Shown one piece after another: positions 46,720 through 55,055 of a stretch of DNA of 64,000 nt (its first letter is position 1; every line of letters starts with the position of its first letter). The notes beneath the pieces were generated by a model, which searched no databases, was not told where the DNA came from, and saw only the letters and a program-made list of their open reading frames with translations. Source of the DNA: a virus. Taxonomy: Duplodnaviria > Caudoviricetes. The translations under genes and the position numbers were made by a program. The stretch covers positions 128,001 through 192,000 of IMG/VR virus record IMGVR_UViG_3300017780_003104, one strand, 5' to 3'.

Positions 46720-47286
46720 ATGACATTTAAAAAAGGTGATAAGATTCGTCGCAAGGTAGAGTATCTTCAAGTAAATGATTGGAAGCATGGACGATCTATC
46801 TTAATTGTAAATAATGATCAATATCATGATGGCACAGTTTATTTTACTGTCAATGGGCATGACTCATTGAATTCAATTTATAGTGAATACTTTGAACTTG
46901 CCAAAGAAATGACTATCGAGGATCAAATCACTTTCGCCAATACTCTTATTGGTAAGAAGAGCCTAAAGTCTATTCATACAAGTATATATCTCGATTGGAT
47001 TCCAGTAGGTATTCGTATCTATACTGGTAATTGTAACTATGAAGATAGTAGTGGTTCTGTCATGGAGTATATGAAAACTCATGATGTCTGTGTAGCCTTA
47101 ATAGATGAAAACAATTATAAGAGTTATCCAGTCGCACTCATTGAACCACCAGTAGAGTCTGTAACGGTAAAACTTAATGATGTATATACCGTAGAAGTTA
47201 CTAAGAATAGTATCACCGTGGGTTGTCAAACATTTCCTGTCAGTATCCTAGAGGATCTTATTAAAGCACACAAACAACTATCATGA
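46720..47286 (+). CDS. hypothetical protein (VGCQT C-terminal family)
   Basis: ORF track. Confidence 0.65.
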   Translation: MTFKKGDKIRRKVEYLQVNDWKHGRSILIVNNDQYHDGTVYFTVNGHDSLNSIYSEYFELAKEMTIEDQITFANTLIGKKSLKSIHTSIYLDWIPVGIRIYTGNCNYEDSSGSVMEYMKTHDVCVALIDENNYKSYPVALIEPPVESVTVKLNDVYTVEVTKNSITVGCQTFPVSILEDLIKAHKQLS

Positions 47287-47510
47287 TTATTCCAATTGCA
47301 TCTTCAGCCCTACGAGATTCCCGAAAGAATAAGGAGGCTAATACAAAAATGATTACAAGTGTGGCTATTAATGATGCTATTAAGCTCGGATTATGTCATA
47401 CTGTCATTAATCTTGATAAAGATATCCGTGGTAATCTTGCTTTAGATCTGATAAAATTCGGGTATAAAGTTACAGAATATAATACTTATCTTGCTGTGTC
47501 ATGGAACTAA
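47283..47510 (+). CDS. hypothetical protein
   Basis: ORF track. Confidence 0.5.
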   Translation: MIIPIASSALRDSRKNKEANTKMITSVAINDAIKLGLCHTVINLDKDIRGNLALDLIKFGYKVTEYNTYLAVSWN

Positions 47511-47524
47511 TAGTAAAGTATATG

Positions 47525-48098
47525 GACATAATGACACAGTAGTATGTGACATAATGACACAGTAGGTATAAAGTGTAGGAGATAGAGAGATATTGATTAA
47601 AACCGTGATAAGATACGTTTATGAAGATTCCTGTAAAAACATATAAGATTGTAGAAGTCGAAGAAGTTATTACTAACCTTGTTGATGTTCCAGAGATTAT
47701 TAATCGTCATTTTCATACTAATACCTTTCAACAAGTAATTGATTATCTATTGACACTTGAATTTGTAGAAAGTTCAACTTACTTTAGGGATTTTAAATCC
47801 TTCATATCACCAGAGCAAGGTGGAGATAATACAGTTAATCTCCATAGTATTAAGACTCTTATTGATGATCCTACTAATTCTAAGATAGTCATTCAAGTTA
47901 CTTGGGATTGGTATAAGAATAATATGACAGATAACGCAATTATCATTTTTAGGAAACCTATACAGGAGTAGGGATAAAAGTAGTTTTCCCCTAGAGAAAA
48001 TTCGAAAATATAATCAACTAAAAACTACAATTAAGTTAGTCTGATAAAAGTAACATACTGTGACATAATGACCTAGTAAGTGTGTCATTATGTCACAG
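47525..48098. repeat. GACATAATGAC repeats (direct at 47525 and 47548; inverted pair 48058-48098)
   Basis: Read directly. Confidence 0.75.
47621..47971 (+). CDS. hypothetical protein
   Basis: Promoter 6 nt upstream. Confidence 0.6.
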   Translation: MKIPVKTYKIVEVEEVITNLVDVPEIINRHFHTNTFQQVIDYLLTLEFVESSTYFRDFKSFISPEQGGDNTVNLHSIKTLIDDPTNSKIVIQVTWDWYKNNMTDNAIIIFRKPIQE

Positions 48099-48125
48099 TA
48101 ATTAAAACCAAAGTAAGATAATAGC

Positions 48126-48347
48126 ATGACAACGATTCACAATTCGAGTGATATTAAAGTGGGGAAACTCTATAAGACTCTCGAACCTAGATACAATAAG
48201 ACCGTTCTCTACCTTGGATGTATCAATGGTGATACCCATGAGAAGTTCTTGGTGGTTGTTGTGTTTGATGAGGACGATTACTACATTGGTAGAACTGTTA
48301 TCAGAAACAGTAACTATTGGAACTTGGGATTCGAGGAACAGGATTGA
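48126..48347 (+). CDS. hypothetical protein
   Basis: Promoter 6 nt upstream. Confidence 0.65.
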   Translation: MTTIHNSSDIKVGKLYKTLEPRYNKTVLYLGCINGDTHEKFLVVVVFDEDDYYIGRTVIRNSNYWNLGFEEQD

Positions 48348-48371
48348 TTAAAACCAAACTAAGATACTGGT

Positions 48372-48527
48372 ATGACCACATTCAAAGTAACATTATATCA
48401 AGAGACTTACACTGAAGTAATCATTGAAGCAAGTTCTTTAGAAGAAGCGCAAGAACTGGTAATGGCTGGAGAGTTTAATGAAGAAGATATTCATGATGTC
48501 TCAGTCAAGGAAAGTTGTATCATTTAA
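48372..48527 (+). CDS. small acidic hypothetical protein (51 aa)
   Basis: ATG 6 nt after TAAGAT; read manually. Confidence 0.55.
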   Translation: MTTFKVTLYQETYTEVIIEASSLEEAQELVMAGEFNEEDIHDVSVKESCII

Positions 48528-48547
48528 AACCAAAATAAAATAATACT

Positions 48548-48745
48548 ATGTTTGACCCCAACGATGACCATAACTTGAATGCTAATGATGAGAATGAACA
48601 TTGGTATGAGAATGATTATATTGAATCATCCGAAGATGATGAAGAAGAATGGGATGAATATGAAGACCCGTTTGAGGATCATGATGAAGATGATGAGTTA
48701 GATGAAGATGATGACTTATCAGAAGAAGGCTGGGAACTCGATTGA
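48548..48745 (+). CDS. extremely acidic small protein
   Basis: Promoter 6 nt upstream; D/E-dominated with spaced aromatic residues. Confidence 0.65.
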   Translation: MFDPNDDHNLNANDENEHWYENDYIESSEDDEEEWDEYEDPFEDHDEDDELDEDDDLSEEGWELD

Positions 48746-49092
48746 TTAAAACCAACGTAAGATAGTAGCATGAAAAGATACAGCTGGATTGTTCAAAACA
48801 AAAGGACCGGGGCCGTTGTTACCTATAACAGTTCTTATGGTCCATGTAATAAGGATTGTGTTAATACTTCTCCAGCTGTTATTGAGTGGGCCAATGGAGA
48901 TCCTATTAGTATCTTCCCTTGTGAACAGTAGTTCTATTACTCAACGTAATAGTTATTTCATTATCCATATCATAACTTTGTCAAATTGATAAAAAAGTCA
49001 ATCTGACAAAGTTACGATAGTGTGATATAAAACATACAGTGTAGTAGATTCTCTAGTAGTATTGATTAAAACCAACATAAGATAGTAGCACG

Positions 49093-49314
49093 ATGAAACC
49101 GCTTACCATTGCAAAGAATAATAAGGAGACACTTTTGGATGCAGCAAAACGCGCTTCCAATCAGGCGACTCTTAACAATAGAATTGTTACCTTTCAAGAT
49201 GGTAACTATTCCATACTGGTTTATCCCTACGATATTCTTAATAACATTATCCGTGGTATTAAGGCTATGGCATTGATGGCTGAGATTGCAGCACTTGAAG
49301 CTCAATTGTCTTAA
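49093..49314 (+). CDS. hypothetical protein
   Basis: Promoter upstream. Confidence 0.6.
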   Translation: MKPLTIAKNNKETLLDAAKRASNQATLNNRIVTFQDGNYSILVYPYDILNNIIRGIKAMALMAEIAALEAQLS

Positions 49315-49833
49315 CACTTTGCCGTCCTGAGCATCGACATTAAAAGGCTCAGTGGTATTATGATCGCTTACACACATAAGTATAGTAGGTTTCACCCACT
49401 AAATATCATAGTGGGTGAAAGGATTAAGACCATTAAGGTGTGGATACACTTTATAGCATTTGTATTAGGGATTTCTGAACTACTTAAAAAAGTTGATGAG
49501 GAAATCCGCAAGAGTTCTATTGATTAAAACCAAAGTAAGATTCGCGTGGGTGCGTGTGAGTGTTATAAGTGACACTCCCGGAGGGAAGAGTTAGAAGTTT
49601 GATTAAAACCAACGTAAGATGTAGGAGCATGATAATCAAATCCGCAATGTCCATTACCGTTAGTATTGATGCCGATGAAACCTTGATCGACGCCCTAGCA
49701 GAAATGTATGGGTTTTGATTAAAACCCAAGTAAGATAGAAACGTCCCCAGTAGCTTTACCCTGATGCTACTGGGGACGGAATGAAAGTAAGGGAGTTTGA
49801 AGTTCAATTAAAACCAAAGTAAGATCCAATCGT

Positions 49834-50202
49834 ATGCAAAAACAAAACATGATCGCAGTGTCCATCGAAGCCAAGTCGTTTGTCCAATCGCTTACTGCCG
49901 CTTTTGGCGGGCCAAGCAAGACGAAAGACTTTCTTGCCCTCAGTGAACGAGAAGCCGTGGACGCCCTTGTGGAGTTCGCACAAGCAAACCGCATCACAGT
50001 GACGCAAGAGGTCAATGACGAGGGGGAAGAGTATGAATTGGAGCATGACGGGCTTGCTCTTGAGATCTCCCGCACGATTGCCCTTCGTGCCGCCACGGTT
50101 CGCGCAAACACCGCGACCGCAAAGCTCGCGGAAAAAGAGCAAGAGTTGGAGGAGATGAAAGCCTTGCTTGCTAAGTATCAGGCGGCGGCATCGGTGGAAT
50201 GA
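49834..50202 (+). CDS. hypothetical protein, GC-rich, C-terminal coiled coil
   Basis: Promoter 8 nt upstream; terminators downstream. Confidence 0.7.
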   Translation: MQKQNMIAVSIEAKSFVQSLTAAFGGPSKTKDFLALSEREAVDALVEFAQANRITVTQEVNDEGEEYELEHDGLALEISRTIALRAATVRANTATAKLAEKEQELEEMKALLAKYQAAASVE

Positions 50203-50211
50203 CCACCTAGC

Positions 50212-50311
50212 AGGGAGTGGTTAGAGGTCTAACGACTGACTAACCACTCCCTAACTACTCTCTAACCACCCCTTCTGTTAGGAATTGCCCTAATAGAAGG
50301 GGATTTTTTTT
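50212..50311 (+). terminator. 13-bp hairpin followed by an intrinsic terminator ending the early block
   Basis: AGGGAGTGGTTAG/CTAACCACTCCCT; CCCCTTCT...AGAAGGGG followed by a T8 run. Confidence 0.8.
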
Positions 50312-50486
50312 GCCCCCTAGCCCCCCATGGAAAAATTCTTAACAGTTTTTCAACAGTTTCCCCAATATAAAAATATTTTTATTATATTCCCCAACATTTT
50401 CCCCACGCGACCCCCCTATAAAAAATATTTTTTACATATTTTGCAACAGTTTCCCTATATGATTCAAATATATTAAATAATTATAT

Positions 50487-50677
50487 ATGCGAAACTTTGC
50501 AACATACATGGAGATGGCGTATCCGTCACCCCTTTCATTTCCCAATTTGAGAACATAGGTTCATATGCTGTGAAAGTGAAATACGCCACGGAACATCTCC
50601 AACGAATCGCGGCTGGTTCGTCTAGGGTTATCTTCAAGATAGATTACGAGAAAGTGCTTAAGGTTGCTAAGAATTAG
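50487..50677 (+). pseudogene. frameshifted, truncated late gene fragment
   Basis: TAAATA upstream; MRNFATYMEMAYP* in one frame, ...EHLQRIAAGSSRVIFKIDYEKVLKVAKN* in another. Confidence 0.45.
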
Positions 50678-51117
50678 TCATCTCTTGTGGGAGAGTTGAG
50701 TCCATAGAACTCAGATATGAATTCCAGAAATTTCTTTTGTGATTGTGTTAGTTGTCTATCTTTTCTCCCCATCTCATATACAACAGAGGGATTGTTTATC
50801 ACAACACGAACCCAACCCATTTCGAACATACAAGTATAAGTATAAGGTAATCTTTCGTGACCTTTGACGCCTTTATCGAGTAGATATTTTAAAGTTTTAT
50901 GTGCGATTTGATCGATACCGCTAGCATGTCCAAATGGTTTTACTTGTAAGAAATTACCACTCCTATCCACCCAAAATCCATAAGGAGCATCATCGGGTAA
51001 ATCTCGAACGGATGTTGACATACCCAACACTTCGCGTGGGATAGTATCCACGATATGCTCCACCAAGGTATATATCTTCATGTAGGTTTCAAATAGCTTG
51101 TCAAATATCATATACAT
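50674..51117 (-). CDS. hypothetical late protein
   Basis: TAAATA 5 nt upstream; FDKLFE..E-type leader. Confidence 0.7.
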   Translation of the reverse strand: MYMIFDKLFETYMKIYTLVEHIVDTIPREVLGMSTSVRDLPDDAPYGFWVDRSGNFLQVKPFGHASGIDQIAHKTLKYLLDKGVKGHERLPYTYTCMFEMGWVRVVINNPSVVYEMGRKDRQLTQSQKKFLEFISEFYGLNSPTRDD

Positions 51118-51143
51118 ATTTATTGAAATAGATAAATAATTGC

Positions 51144-53219
51144 ATGTATGTATCCCGTCATAATATAGGAAATCTTTACAGCAACATGATCTTGAAAGAG
51201 ATGGATGAGCGTGTTGTCGATTATCTTAATGAGAATTTGGATGAGTTACCGTTCGGTAACATATTCGGGGACGATCTTAGGATTTATCTACCCATCCACA
51301 AGGATCAAACCGCCAGAGATATTTTGAATACTCTGAAACGCATTAAAGATTACGAGGGATTGGACTTGCAGAAGGGGGAAGTTGTTCGTAAAATCAAACT
51401 TGATCCTAGACATGGTGGTGGTGATGAGAAGGAGCAGAGAATGAATATAGGTTCCGCTATTTCCAAATTGAAGATATCCCTAGAAGAAAAGAAAAAGTAT
51501 TTGGATTGGTTGGCACGTTATAAAGATAATATACAGGAATCTTTAGGAGAGCAAAAATATGGCATTATTATCACCAGAGCACCAATTGACGTTCTTAGAA
51601 TGTCAGATCACGATAATATTCAATCGTGTCATAGTGCCACTGGTTCATATTTTCAGTGTGCTGTTCAGGAAGCTATTAATGGTGGTGTGATTGCATATGT
51701 TGTAAATAATAATGAATTGTCCGATGAGTTTGATGCTGGTAGAGGATTACAGGATGATGAACTGTTTTATGACGAGGATAGAAATAATTTAGGATTGCAA
51801 CCCATATCACGTTTAAGAATTCGAAGACTGGCGGATAATGAAGGTATAGAGTTCGGTATTCCAGATACACGAATATATGGTGATACCACGATTCCGGGAC
51901 TATATGAAACGGTTAAAGCCTTTCTACATGAAAAACAACCTGTTGATTTAGATGATTTCGGAAAACACGAATGGGAAAAAAGGGGAGGAACCTATTACGA
52001 TAATCACATGGATGACTTGATAAAGAAATACTATGATATTGTGGGTGGTGACTGGAATTATCCCCACAACGCATCCGATAGGTCGGCAGAATCCCATAGA
52101 AATTACGAAATAAAAACACTAACCCAAAACTTAGAAGAGGAGTGTGAGGAGATAACGGATAGATATAATAATAGAATGACGTTTACAACAGTTGGATGCG
52201 ATGTTCAAATTGATGATGACGTTTATATCTTGGCGTGGGGAATATCAGAATTTGATGTTGGTAATTGGGGATTTCCAGAATTGCATGATATCAACTTTGC
52301 CATAGAATCCGACAGAGATGATATGAAAAAGGCTCTACAAGGGGATTATGATGATGATATGATTTGGTCAGGACTTTTAAATTGGATTGAGAGGAAATCG
52401 GGTCTGGAACTTCAAGGTTTTGAGTTTTATAATGGTTCGATAAAATTATTCTATTATTCCGAGGATATATTCTTTCAATCGGGAGAGTATGACACCTTCT
52501 GTGATGAAGTGGAGTATTACGATATAGAGCTAAGGAGGCAATTCGAAACACCCAATGATTGGATAGAAGTTTTTGTGGAATGTAACATCTTGAAAGATGA
52601 AACAAATGAAGGAGCACTCAATAAATTAATTTCTAATATTCCAGATGATGATTTAGTGTATAGTAATACTTCGGATGATAGAAATGTCGAGTTCTCCTTG
52701 TTGTTGGATTCTCTCAAAGAAGAATCTTTCGAAAAGTATACCGATCCAGATAGCATCTATAATACTATCCCATTTATTAAAGACAATGCCTATATTGGGG
52801 ATTTGTTTGGGAAAATGTTGGACAACTATATAGGCCAATATGATAAAGTTCGTCCAAGTAATACCCATCAACAAGAATTTAAATATTTCGTGGAAGCTTA
52901 TTATCAGGTTAGGTTGATGGGAAACAACAACATAACAAAATATGACATAACACGTATCTCAGTGGAATTCGATCCTGTGGTGTATCAGGGGAATACTTCT
53001 GATGGAAGTAGAACCATTTATATGAATCTAAAATTTGACGTTGAATCATTCAACGAGGAAAATGTTGACCTGATTATATTTCTATATAAGAACTTGGACG
53101 ACTTACGGAATATGGCAACTCTGGCATATTTATCTGAGAATAGACACATCGTAACAGGAAGTCCCAGATACAAGAACCAATTCAATTCATTATTGAAGGT
53201 CTATGGCAAATTAATGTGA
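51144..53219 (+). CDS. large acidic hypothetical late protein (possible virion internal protein)
   Basis: TAAATA 5 nt upstream; 691 aa; DVLRMSD..SCH motif. Confidence 0.75.
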   Translation: MYVSRHNIGNLYSNMILKEMDERVVDYLNENLDELPFGNIFGDDLRIYLPIHKDQTARDILNTLKRIKDYEGLDLQKGEVVRKIKLDPRHGGGDEKEQRMNIGSAISKLKISLEEKKKYLDWLARYKDNIQESLGEQKYGIIITRAPIDVLRMSDHDNIQSCHSATGSYFQCAVQEAINGGVIAYVVNNNELSDEFDAGRGLQDDELFYDEDRNNLGLQPISRLRIRRLADNEGIEFGIPDTRIYGDTTIPGLYETVKAFLHEKQPVDLDDFGKHEWEKRGGTYYDNHMDDLIKKYYDIVGGDWNYPHNASDRSAESHRNYEIKTLTQNLEEECEEITDRYNNRMTFTTVGCDVQIDDDVYILAWGISEFDVGNWGFPELHDINFAIESDRDDMKKALQGDYDDDMIWSGLLNWIERKSGLELQGFEFYNGSIKLFYYSEDIFFQSGEYDTFCDEVEYYDIELRRQFETPNDWIEVFVECNILKDETNEGALNKLISNIPDDDLVYSNTSDDRNVEFSLLLDSLKEESFEKYTDPDSIYNTIPFIKDNAYIGDLFGKMLDNYIGQYDKVRPSNTHQQEFKYFVEAYYQVRLMGNNNITKYDITRISVEFDPVVYQGNTSDGSRTIYMNLKFDVESFNEENVDLIIFLYKNLDDLRNMATLAYLSENRHIVTGSPRYKNQFNSLLKVYGKLM

Positions 53220-53224
53220 TTATA

Positions 53225-53623
53225 TTAAACACTCTCAGATAAAATTTTCCAGTTGGTCATGTGCATTTCCTTAGCTATTACATCGTCATCTTGATATACT
53301 ATAGCATAATGATTTTCTACCATATATTTTGATAATGTTGTCTCATTTAGTGAGAAGTCTCCCAATACTCTACCAAATTTATCACGATCTATTACAGTTG
53401 TGATGATTTGAGTAGATCCTATAGGTATCAATTTCTCTACAATACTTTTAGATAATAACCCCCATCTTTTCTCTATAAGGTCTTTAGTTCTCGTTTCCGG
53501 TGCATCGATTCCATTTACACGAATAGATATGTCATGAAGCCACGCCCTAAATCCTAGATCTATATCAACCACCACAGTATCACCATCTTTAATATCAGTT
53601 ATTATACATTTATACGTATACAT
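53225..53623 (-). CDS. thermonuclease (SNase-like)
   Basis: DGDTV..DIDLGF, IRVNGIDAPE, DKFGRVLG. Confidence 0.9.
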   Translation of the reverse strand: MYTYKCIITDIKDGDTVVVDIDLGFRAWLHDISIRVNGIDAPETRTKDLIEKRWGLLSKSIVEKLIPIGSTQIITTVIDRDKFGRVLGDFSLNETTLSKYMVENHYAIVYQDDDVIAKEMHMTNWKILSESV

Positions 53624-53637
53624 TGATATTATTTAAC

Positions 53638-53934
53638 TTATAATCTCTCAAGATTCACCTTACGATTTACAAGTTCAACCAAAACATCTCCATGACAAGG
53701 ATTTGGTTTACACCAACACCCTAAGACTTTTCCTTGAAGTTCTGGTAATTTTTTCAATAGTTCATCATTATTTAAAATATACTCTTTATATTTCTCGATA
53801 GATTCTTTACGAGTATTGACTTTATATTTCGCTGTGGTGCTATCCTTACTACTATAAGGATTTCCCCATATAGTAGTTCTATCAATTTTTACATCATACG
53901 ATTCTTTGTTCATATGAACAACTCTAGTTTCCAT
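53638..53934 (-). CDS. DUF4326-like protein
   Basis: VVH, IDRTTIWGNPY, GKVLGCWCKP.PCHGDVL. Confidence 0.85.
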   Translation of the reverse strand: METRVVHMNKESYDVKIDRTTIWGNPYSSKDSTTAKYKVNTRKESIEKYKEYILNNDELLKKLPELQGKVLGCWCKPNPCHGDVLVELVNRKVNLERL

Positions 53935-53982
53935 ACTATAATTATATTACATCATGGGTCGATGTCAATATCATGACCGTAT

Positions 53983-55005
53983 CTATCGAACTTGCATCAG
54001 TTGGAATATACGTTGTTTATGATATGGGTGTAATGTTGAGAAGTATTGTAGCAAAGCAGCCCACGTTTCGTCAGGATCACTCAACCCATAAGCACCAGTG
54101 AATTGAATTAACTTTGATAGTTTTTCACGAACATCCGGTTTCTTAACTAGCCCAGATTGGATAGTGTGTTTGATGTCGTTCCCAAACAATCTAGACATAT
54201 CTAGATTGGAAATAGAAGACTTAACATAATCATAATTTTGGGTTTCAATACCTTTTTCAAAAATATTAGATATCTGAGCGGATATATCATTTATTGTTTT
54301 TGCATCTATAACTATAGATAAATTCCCCAGTTTATCTATATAATTACGTAATGTCTTATTAATAATAGTTTTGTAATCTATATTTTGATTAGGTGATTGA
54401 ACGATAGTAGAAAACATAGACATTAATATATCTGTAAATTTATTAAAGACTTTATTTGGATCTTCTTTGAAGTAATCGTATGGTAATTTATCGACATTCG
54501 AATGCACAAGTGCTTCATGGTATTGTGTGATTGCATTCCTGAAAGCCTTTCCATTATTAAACATCCATATATGTCCCCATTCGTGGACTATAGTTTCGGT
54601 TAATTTTGGAATATATTTCTCTGGATTTTTGCCAAGTCCCTTCACGAATAAATAATTAAGACCTATGGATTTTAATTGTTTATAATCCTTCTGTGCTGTT
54701 GGATTCCCATGAGCAAGCCCAGCAACAAATGATCCTGCTGCTCGATTCCCTGCTGCTATGTCCATATCTTTGAATACTACATTTGTATGCATCGACGGAA
54801 ACCCCATCTTCTGAATTTGCGTTCTAGCGTCAGAAAAACAATCTCTAATTGTGTCTTGATAATAGTCGAACCCTAGATTATAATCCTTTGGGACCGACTT
54901 ATCCAGAAATAGAGAAAACATCGGAAGATCCATTTTGTGGATTAATTTTTGGGACTTTCTAAATTTCCCACCTTCTGTAAGGATATATTCTTTAAACGAT
55001 AACAT
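53983..55005 (-). CDS. HExxH zincin-like late protein
   Basis: TIVHEWGHIW, PDETWA; MLSFKEYILTE leader. Confidence 0.6.
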   Translation of the reverse strand: MLSFKEYILTEGGKFRKSQKLIHKMDLPMFSLFLDKSVPKDYNLGFDYYQDTIRDCFSDARTQIQKMGFPSMHTNVVFKDMDIAAGNRAAGSFVAGLAHGNPTAQKDYKQLKSIGLNYLFVKGLGKNPEKYIPKLTETIVHEWGHIWMFNNGKAFRNAITQYHEALVHSNVDKLPYDYFKEDPNKVFNKFTDILMSMFSTIVQSPNQNIDYKTIINKTLRNYIDKLGNLSIVIDAKTINDISAQISNIFEKGIETQNYDYVKSSISNLDMSRLFGNDIKHTIQSGLVKKPDVREKLSKLIQFTGAYGLSDPDETWAALLQYFSTLHPYHKQRIFQLMQVR

Positions 55006-55055
55006 ATGTTAAATAGTATATCTTTATTTATCAAACTTATTAAATATTAACAACA

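Larger units (their letters stand above)
330..49825 (+). promoter_or_regulatory. Dispersed family (~50 copies) of early promoter-like motif (T)TAATTAAAACC(G/A)AAN-TAnnnT
   Basis: Copies at ~331, 1371, 2063, 3755, 4241, 8614, 9064, 9942, 10956, 11325, 13540, 15714, 19465, 22602, 26352, 28289, 29902, 30872, 31987, 32223, 32647, 33123, 33912, 34338, 34593, 36691, 37205, 38421, 39334, 40179, 40949, 41339, 41967, 42318, 42608, 43213, 43566, 43998, 44233, 44652, 45114, 47595, 48099, 48346, 48524, 48744, 49063, 49521, 49600, 49717, 49807. Each ends in a -10-like hexamer (TATAAT/TACAAT/TAGAAT/TAAGAT etc.), usually 6 nt before ATG. Confidence 0.9.

Noticed and set aside
330-49825. Promoter motif as a CRISPR repeat or integron attC site
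   Set aside because: The spacers are whole genes, the motif ends in a -10 hexamer at fixed distance from ATG, and it has no attC-like palindrome.
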